Sequence record: DRR723986_4994
Direction: 5' to 3' (one strand)
DNA length: 64,000 bases
Below, in pieces: positions 59,538 through 64,000 of the stretch. Position 1 is the stretch's first letter. The number at the start of each line of letters is the position of its first letter. Both the position numbers and the translations under genes were made by a program. The notes under the pieces were generated by a model. That model searched no databases. It was not told the origin of the DNA and was given only the letters and a program-made list of their open reading frames with translations.

Positions 59538-59738
59538 ATGAAACTAGCATTAATTACTATCGGTTTGTTGGCATTGGGATTTGCAGGTATTGCAATAAAA
59601 ATATGGGCAAAAAAAGGAGGCGAATTTGAAGGGACTTGTGCTTCAAATAATCCTATGATTAATGGTGATGGCGAAACCTGTAGTTTCTGTGGTGCCCGTC
59701 CTGATGAACAATGTTTGAGCGACCAAGTCGCTCAATAA
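59538..59738 (+). CDS. Small single-TM Cys-containing protein (NqrM-like layout)
   Basis: TM helix, then GEFEGTCAS...CSFCG...EQC; TAAATTTG -7 element upstream. Confidence 0.65.
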   Translation: MKLALITIGLLALGFAGIAIKIWAKKGGEFEGTCASNNPMINGDGETCSFCGARPDEQCLSDQVAQ

Positions 59739-59771
59739 TTTTGAATTATGAATCAGGAATTATTAATTCCA
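59737..59771 (+). repeat. Degenerate heptamer array (AATTNNN x5) downstream of the four-helix-bundle gene
   Basis: aattttg aattatg aatcagg aattatt aattcca. Confidence 0.55.
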
Positions 59772-59780
59772 GGATTGTCT

Positions 59781-60110
59781 TCACAAGTTTTTCCTAGTTG
59801 AAATAATTATACTTTTAAGAAGTTTCAATAATTCTGTTGAATCAGCTTTTAACTTGTTATACGTTTGGGTATCTAAGTAATCTGTTTTAAAGAGTAGGTC
59901 TAGCCAATAAATTGTTTCATCACATTCCTTCTGGGCTATTGACAATTTATGAATGAAATCTTTTTTACTTTCCCCGTTCTGGCTTTCACGAATGAGTGCT
60001 CCCACTGCTGTTCCGCTTCTCAAAAGTTGTCTTGACAACACAAATTCTTTCTGCTCTGTCTGCAATCCTTTAGAAGTATTCACAATTAGTATTGCGAAAT
60101 CAAAGCTCAT
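59781..60110 (-). CDS. Four-helix-bundle protein (TIGR02436 / 23S rRNA IVS-protein family)
   Basis: SFDFA...LSRQLLRSGTAVGALIRESQNGESKKDFIHKLSIAQKECDETIYWL signature. Confidence 0.9.
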   Translation of the reverse strand: MSFDFAILIVNTSKGLQTEQKEFVLSRQLLRSGTAVGALIRESQNGESKKDFIHKLSIAQKECDETIYWLDLLFKTDYLDTQTYNKLKADSTELLKLLKSIIISTRKNL

Positions 60111-60142
60111 ATCAAGAATGGGGTTTGGTTTTTTTCGTCACA

Positions 60143-60177
60143 TTTAATTAAGCAATCATAATTACAAATTCCCAATT
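60143..60177 (-). repeat. Degenerate heptamer array upstream of the four-helix-bundle gene, inverted relative to 59737-59771
   Basis: + strand tttaatt aagcaat cataatt acaaatt cccaatt, i.e. AATTNNN-type units on the - strand. Confidence 0.55.
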
Positions 60178-60985
60178 AAACCGCCACATCATTCTCCCTA
60201 AGCGCATCATTTAAAGAAGTCTTCTTATCTGTACTTTCTTTTCGTTGTCCGATAATTAGTGCACACGGAACTTGGTAATCTCCTGCAGGGAATTTTTTAG
60301 TATATGATCCAGGAATTACTACGCTTCTTGGTGGAACATAGCCTTTCATCTCTTTTGGTTCTGAACCTGTCACATCAATAATTTTAGTTGACATAGTAAG
60401 CACGACATTAGCGCCCAATACCGCTTCTTTACCAACTCTCACTCCTTCAACTACAATACATCTCGAACCGATAAAGGCGTTATCTTCTATAATTACAGGT
60501 GCTGCCTGCAATGGTTCTAGCACTCCACCTATTCCAACTCCACCGCTTAGGTGCACATTTTTTCCTATTTGCGCACATGATCCCACCGTTGCCCAAGTAT
60601 CTACCATAGTACCTTCATCTACATATGCTCCAATGTTCACATAAGAAGGCATCATTATCACTCCTTTAGAAATGTATGCTCCGTATCTCGCAATAGCATG
60701 AGGTACTACTCTTATTCCTTTTTCTTTATAGCCCGTTTTCAAAGCCATTTTATCATGGAATTCAAAAGGTCCTACCTCAATCGTTTCCATTTTTCTAATT
60801 GGGAAATACATTACCACAGCTTTCTTCACCCACTCATTAACTTGCCAAGAGCCGTCAGATTTTGGTTCGGCTACTCTTAATTCACCCGAGTCAATTTGCT
60901 CAATTACTGAATTAATGGCGTTTCGTACTTCTGTTGTTTCTAGTTTAGAACGATCATTCCAAGCTGCTTCAATGATACTTTGCAT
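60176..60985 (-). CDS. dapD: Tetrahydrodipicolinate N-succinyltransferase
   Basis: WQVNEWVKKAV, RVVP, MPSYVNIGAYVD.GTMVDTWATVGSCAQIG, GGVLEPLQA. Confidence 0.96.
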   Translation of the reverse strand: MQSIIEAAWNDRSKLETTEVRNAINSVIEQIDSGELRVAEPKSDGSWQVNEWVKKAVVMYFPIRKMETIEVGPFEFHDKMALKTGYKEKGIRVVPHAIARYGAYISKGVIMMPSYVNIGAYVDEGTMVDTWATVGSCAQIGKNVHLSGGVGIGGVLEPLQAAPVIIEDNAFIGSRCIVVEGVRVGKEAVLGANVVLTMSTKIIDVTGSEPKEMKGYVPPRSVVIPGSYTKKFPAGDYQVPCALIIGQRKESTDKKTSLNDALRENDVAV

Positions 60986-61073
60986 AGTGTTGTAAAATTT
61001 GAGCCCAAAGATAGAAATGCTTAATTTTATCTTGCGTAATTTTGAGTTTAATATTTAATCAAACTTTAAAAGA

Positions 61074-61358
61074 ATGTTCGGAAATAATATGATGAAGAAG
61101 TTGCAGGCCATGCAACAGCAAGTTGAGGAAACTAAACAACGTTTGAATAACGTTAAAGTGACAGGTGAATCTGGACCTGTTAAAGTTGAGGTAAACGGTA
61201 ATGGAGTGGTTTTAGACATTGTTGCACCGGATGGCCTAGAAAAAGAAGAGCTGACTGACCATATTATCATTGCTTCGAATAAAGCTTTAGAACAAGCCAA
61301 TAATATGAAAGAACTTGAAATGGCGAAATCTGCTAAAGGATTAATGCCAGGCATGTAG
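61074..61358 (+). CDS. YbaB/EbfC nucleoid-associated protein
   Basis: LQAMQQQVEETKQRL...VTGESG.VKVEVNGN...LTDHIIIASNKAL. Confidence 0.88.
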   Translation: MFGNNMMKKLQAMQQQVEETKQRLNNVKVTGESGPVKVEVNGNGVVLDIVAPDGLEKEELTDHIIIASNKALEQANNMKELEMAKSAKGLMPGM

Positions 61359-61359
61359 C

Positions 61360-62133
61360 ATGGATATTTTTTTACTGATAGCAGTTGCTTTTGGTGCAAG
61401 TTGGTTGACTTTTTTCTCTGGCTTTGGCCTCGGAACATTACTGACACCTGTATTTATAATGTTGTTTAAAGATCCCGTTTTGGCAATTGCTGGAACAGCG
61501 ATTGTACATTTTTCTAATAATGTGTTCAAGTTTTTATTAATGCAAAGAAACGTGAATTGGAAAATTGTGATTCCTTTCGGTTTAGCGGCCATTCCAGCAG
61601 CATTTTTAGGTGCGTTTTTAATCTCAAGTATTCAAGATATTACTTTGACTACGTATGCTATTGGTGAAAGTGCTTATCATATCACCTTGTTGAATCTCAT
61701 ATTTTCAATCGTGTTGCTGATTTTCGCACTGATTGAGCTCATACCAAGTTGGAGTTTAACTTTTTCTAAACAAAAATTGTGGTTGGGAGGAGCTATTTCA
61801 GGATTTTTCGGTGGCCTTTCGGGACATCAAGGCGCTTTGAGATCTGCATTCCTATTAAAATATCAGCTAGAAAAAGAGGTGTTTATTGCAACAGGAATTG
61901 TTGTAGCGCTTGTCGTTGATTTGGTCAGAACTCCTATTTATTTTTCAAAGGTTGAAATATCGGATATCTCAGGCGGGTGGATGTATATTATTATCGCCTT
62001 GTCAGCTGCATTGATTGGAGCAATTCTCGGTAAATTGTTGTTGAAGAAAATCAAAATGCGTTTTTTGACCGTTTTTGTTTCTGTTGCCATGATCCTATTT
62101 GGTATAGCGCTAACTCTGGGCTTTTTAAATTAA
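61360..62133 (+). CDS. TauE/SafE (TSUP) family transporter
   Basis: SGFGLGTLLTP and GAISGFFGGLSGHQGA; about eight TM helices. Confidence 0.85.
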   Translation: MDIFLLIAVAFGASWLTFFSGFGLGTLLTPVFIMLFKDPVLAIAGTAIVHFSNNVFKFLLMQRNVNWKIVIPFGLAAIPAAFLGAFLISSIQDITLTTYAIGESAYHITLLNLIFSIVLLIFALIELIPSWSLTFSKQKLWLGGAISGFFGGLSGHQGALRSAFLLKYQLEKEVFIATGIVVALVVDLVRTPIYFSKVEISDISGGWMYIIIALSAALIGAILGKLLLKKIKMRFLTVFVSVAMILFGIALTLGFLN

Positions 62134-62137
62134 GATT

Positions 62138-62689
62138 ATGCTAAAAAAAGAATTGAGAAAAAAATATAAAGACTTACGTAAAGAATTATCCCACAAAGAG
62201 CGAGCGACTTTATCAAATCTCATTCTTGAAAGACTTACTGATAACTTCAAATTAGAAGGTAAAACGGTAAGTGTTTTTTTACCTATTGAACGCTTTTCTG
62301 AAATTATCACTTGGCCTTTAATGGATGATCCAGGCTATGTCAAAGTCTTGCCGGTTATTGACAGTGAAGGAGGTTTGAAACATCTAAAATATATTGGAAA
62401 AGAACAAATCAAAGTGACCGATTGGGGTATTCCTGAACCGCAATTCGGTGAGGCCTATCAAAGCAATGAAGTTGACCTGGTAATTGTACCTATGTTAGCC
62501 ATGAATGATAAAGGCTATCGAGTAGGGTATGGTAAAGGATTTTATGACGGTTTTCTTAAATCTTGTCGTCCTGATTGTGTTTTTGTTGGAGTTAGTTATT
62601 ACGATCAATTTGAAGAAATAGATGACTTACATAACAACGATATTCCATTAAACTTTCTAGTAACACCAAACAAGATTTATTCCTTCTGA
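62138..62689 (+). CDS. 5-formyltetrahydrofolate cyclo-ligase
   Basis: KKELRK, WGIPEP, DLVIVP, GYRVGYGKGFYD. Confidence 0.92.
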   Translation: MLKKELRKKYKDLRKELSHKERATLSNLILERLTDNFKLEGKTVSVFLPIERFSEIITWPLMDDPGYVKVLPVIDSEGGLKHLKYIGKEQIKVTDWGIPEPQFGEAYQSNEVDLVIVPMLAMNDKGYRVGYGKGFYDGFLKSCRPDCVFVGVSYYDQFEEIDDLHNNDIPLNFLVTPNKIYSF

Positions 62690-62790
62690 ACAATTTGGAT
62701 TAATATTTGCTATCTTTCTGATAGAAATAATTTTCGTGTTTGTAAGCATAGCAAAATAATGCCGTCAAACATGAAGCAAACTAAACTTTT

Positions 62791-63510
62791 ATGAAATTTT
62801 CTATTGCTGCCTTATTACTTATTTTTTCTGTCTCTGTGAGCTTTGCTTCTGAGAAAGCAGATCATTCTATTTTTGATGCTTTGTTAAAAAAGCACGTCTC
62901 TTCATCTGGGAATGTTGATTACAAAGGATTTAAGGCAGATATGAATAAGTTTGATGATTATCTAGTTGAATTAAGAGATCATGCGCCAATGAAAGATTGG
63001 TCGAGCAATGAAAAAAAAGCCTACTACATTAATTGCTACAACGCTTACATGATTAAGTTTATTTTAACTAAATATCCTGTAAGTTCTCCTAAAGATGTGA
63101 AATTTTCAGGGAAAGACGTTTGGCATTTTAGAATGGTTCAAGTCGGTCCACAAAAATATGATTTGACACAAGTTGAAGATAATATCTTAAGAAGAATGGG
63201 AGATCCACGAATTCATTTTGCAATTAACTGTGGAGCAAAATCTTGTCCTAAATTATTGAATGAGGCTTATGATCCTGAAAAATTGAGTGCTCAATTAAGT
63301 TCGGTAACAAAAAAGTTTTTAGCCAATAAAACACACAATGAGTTAAGTCCTAAAAAAGTGAAAATCTCTAAGATATTTGAATGGTATGCTGAGGATTTTA
63401 ATAAAAACGGAGAAACTCTAATCAAATTCTTAAACAAGTACAGTGATGTAACTATCAACGCTGATGCAAAGGTTGAATTCAAAGAATACAACTGGGCTTT
63501 GAACGAATAA
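62791..63510 (+). CDS. DUF547 secreted protein
   Basis: VDYKGF, AYYINCYNA, DPRIHFAINCGAKSCP, SKIFEWY..DF, YNWALN. Confidence 0.9.
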   Translation: MKFSIAALLLIFSVSVSFASEKADHSIFDALLKKHVSSSGNVDYKGFKADMNKFDDYLVELRDHAPMKDWSSNEKKAYYINCYNAYMIKFILTKYPVSSPKDVKFSGKDVWHFRMVQVGPQKYDLTQVEDNILRRMGDPRIHFAINCGAKSCPKLLNEAYDPEKLSAQLSSVTKKFLANKTHNELSPKKVKISKIFEWYAEDFNKNGETLIKFLNKYSDVTINADAKVEFKEYNWALNE

Positions 63511-63513
63511 AAT

Positions 63514-64000
63514 ATGTCTGAAAAACTGCTAATTGTATTTGTAAAAAATATCCTGCTAGGAAAAGTTAAAACTAGACTTGCAAAAACAATTGGAGATTTT
63601 GGAGCCTTTGAGGTCTATAAAGAACTCGTTCAAATAACAGAAGCGGAAACAGAGTGCCTTGATGGGGTTACTGTTCATATCTATTTTTCTGATCAAATTA
63701 TTGAATCAAAATGGCCTAACAAGCAAAAGTTTGTTCAGTCAGGAAAAGATTTAGGCGAGCGAATGCAGCAAGCATTTCAGCATGGTTTTGATCAAGGATT
63801 CACTAAAATTATCGGCGTTGGTTCAGACTTACCTGACTTGAATGCCGATTTGATGAAGGAGGGGTTAAACGCTCTTGAAAATAGTGATACGGTTTTTGGT
63901 CCTTCAGAAGATGGGGGGTATTATTTACTCGGAATGAAACGTATGATTAATTGCATTTTCGAAAACAAGGAGTGGAGTACATCAGGTTTACTTTCGACTA
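63514..64000 (+). CDS. DUF2064/TIGR04282-family glycosyltransferase-like protein (runs off the window; not in the ORF track)
   Basis: MSEKLLIVFVKN..LGKVKTRLA, Q.GKDLGERM..AF, GSDLPDL, VFGPSEDGGYYLLG. Confidence 0.85.
   Translation, partial: MSEKLLIVFVKNILLGKVKTRLAKTIGDFGAFEVYKELVQITEAETECLDGVTVHIYFSDQIIESKWPNKQKFVQSGKDLGERMQQAFQHGFDQGFTKIIGVGSDLPDLNADLMKEGLNALENSDTVFGPSEDGGYYLLGMKRMINCIFENKEWSTSGLLST

Noticed and set aside
59781..60110. Diversity-generating retroelement (Avd-like gene) or rRNA intervening sequence
   Set aside because: No reverse transcriptase, no TR/VR pair with adenine-specific mismatches and no rRNA sequence seen in the window.

Overview
AT-rich, densely coding chromosomal segment of a Bacteroidota bacterium. 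The basis is T9SS/CTD proteins, a PorP/SprF-SprB-like pair and TAnnTTTG promoters; Flavobacteriales is an inference. Most of it is core or housekeeping: the 5' half of a tRNA (probably Met-CAT), surE, meaB, htpG, an mpl/MurC-family ligase, two tandem fatty-acid desaturases, yidC, pyrG, ribH, bshB1, bioA, methylmalonyl-CoA mutase subunits, mazG, dapD, YbaB/EbfC and 5-formyl-THF cyclo-ligase. These are interspersed with secreted and membrane proteins of unknown function. I saw no prophage, transposase, integrase, CRISPR array or rRNA. The most unusual signals are: (1) a non-coding element of inverted 7-bp repeat arrays around a hairpin core at ~37.05-37.41 kb, with the same inverted-heptamer layout bracketing a four-helix-bundle gene at ~59.74-60.18 kb; (2) a TPR-TM-LemA gene followed by two TPM/Zn-ribbon/Ser-Gly-tail genes; (3) a shared GTCA-N12-TGGC sigma54-like promoter layout upstream of htpG, an ABC exporter and the meaB/LemA/TPM gene run; (4) three tandem small paralogs with duplicated junctions; (5) a secreted protein made of two copies of an unrecognised Cys/His-containing domain. 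All family calls come from motif recognition by eye; no database searches were run.
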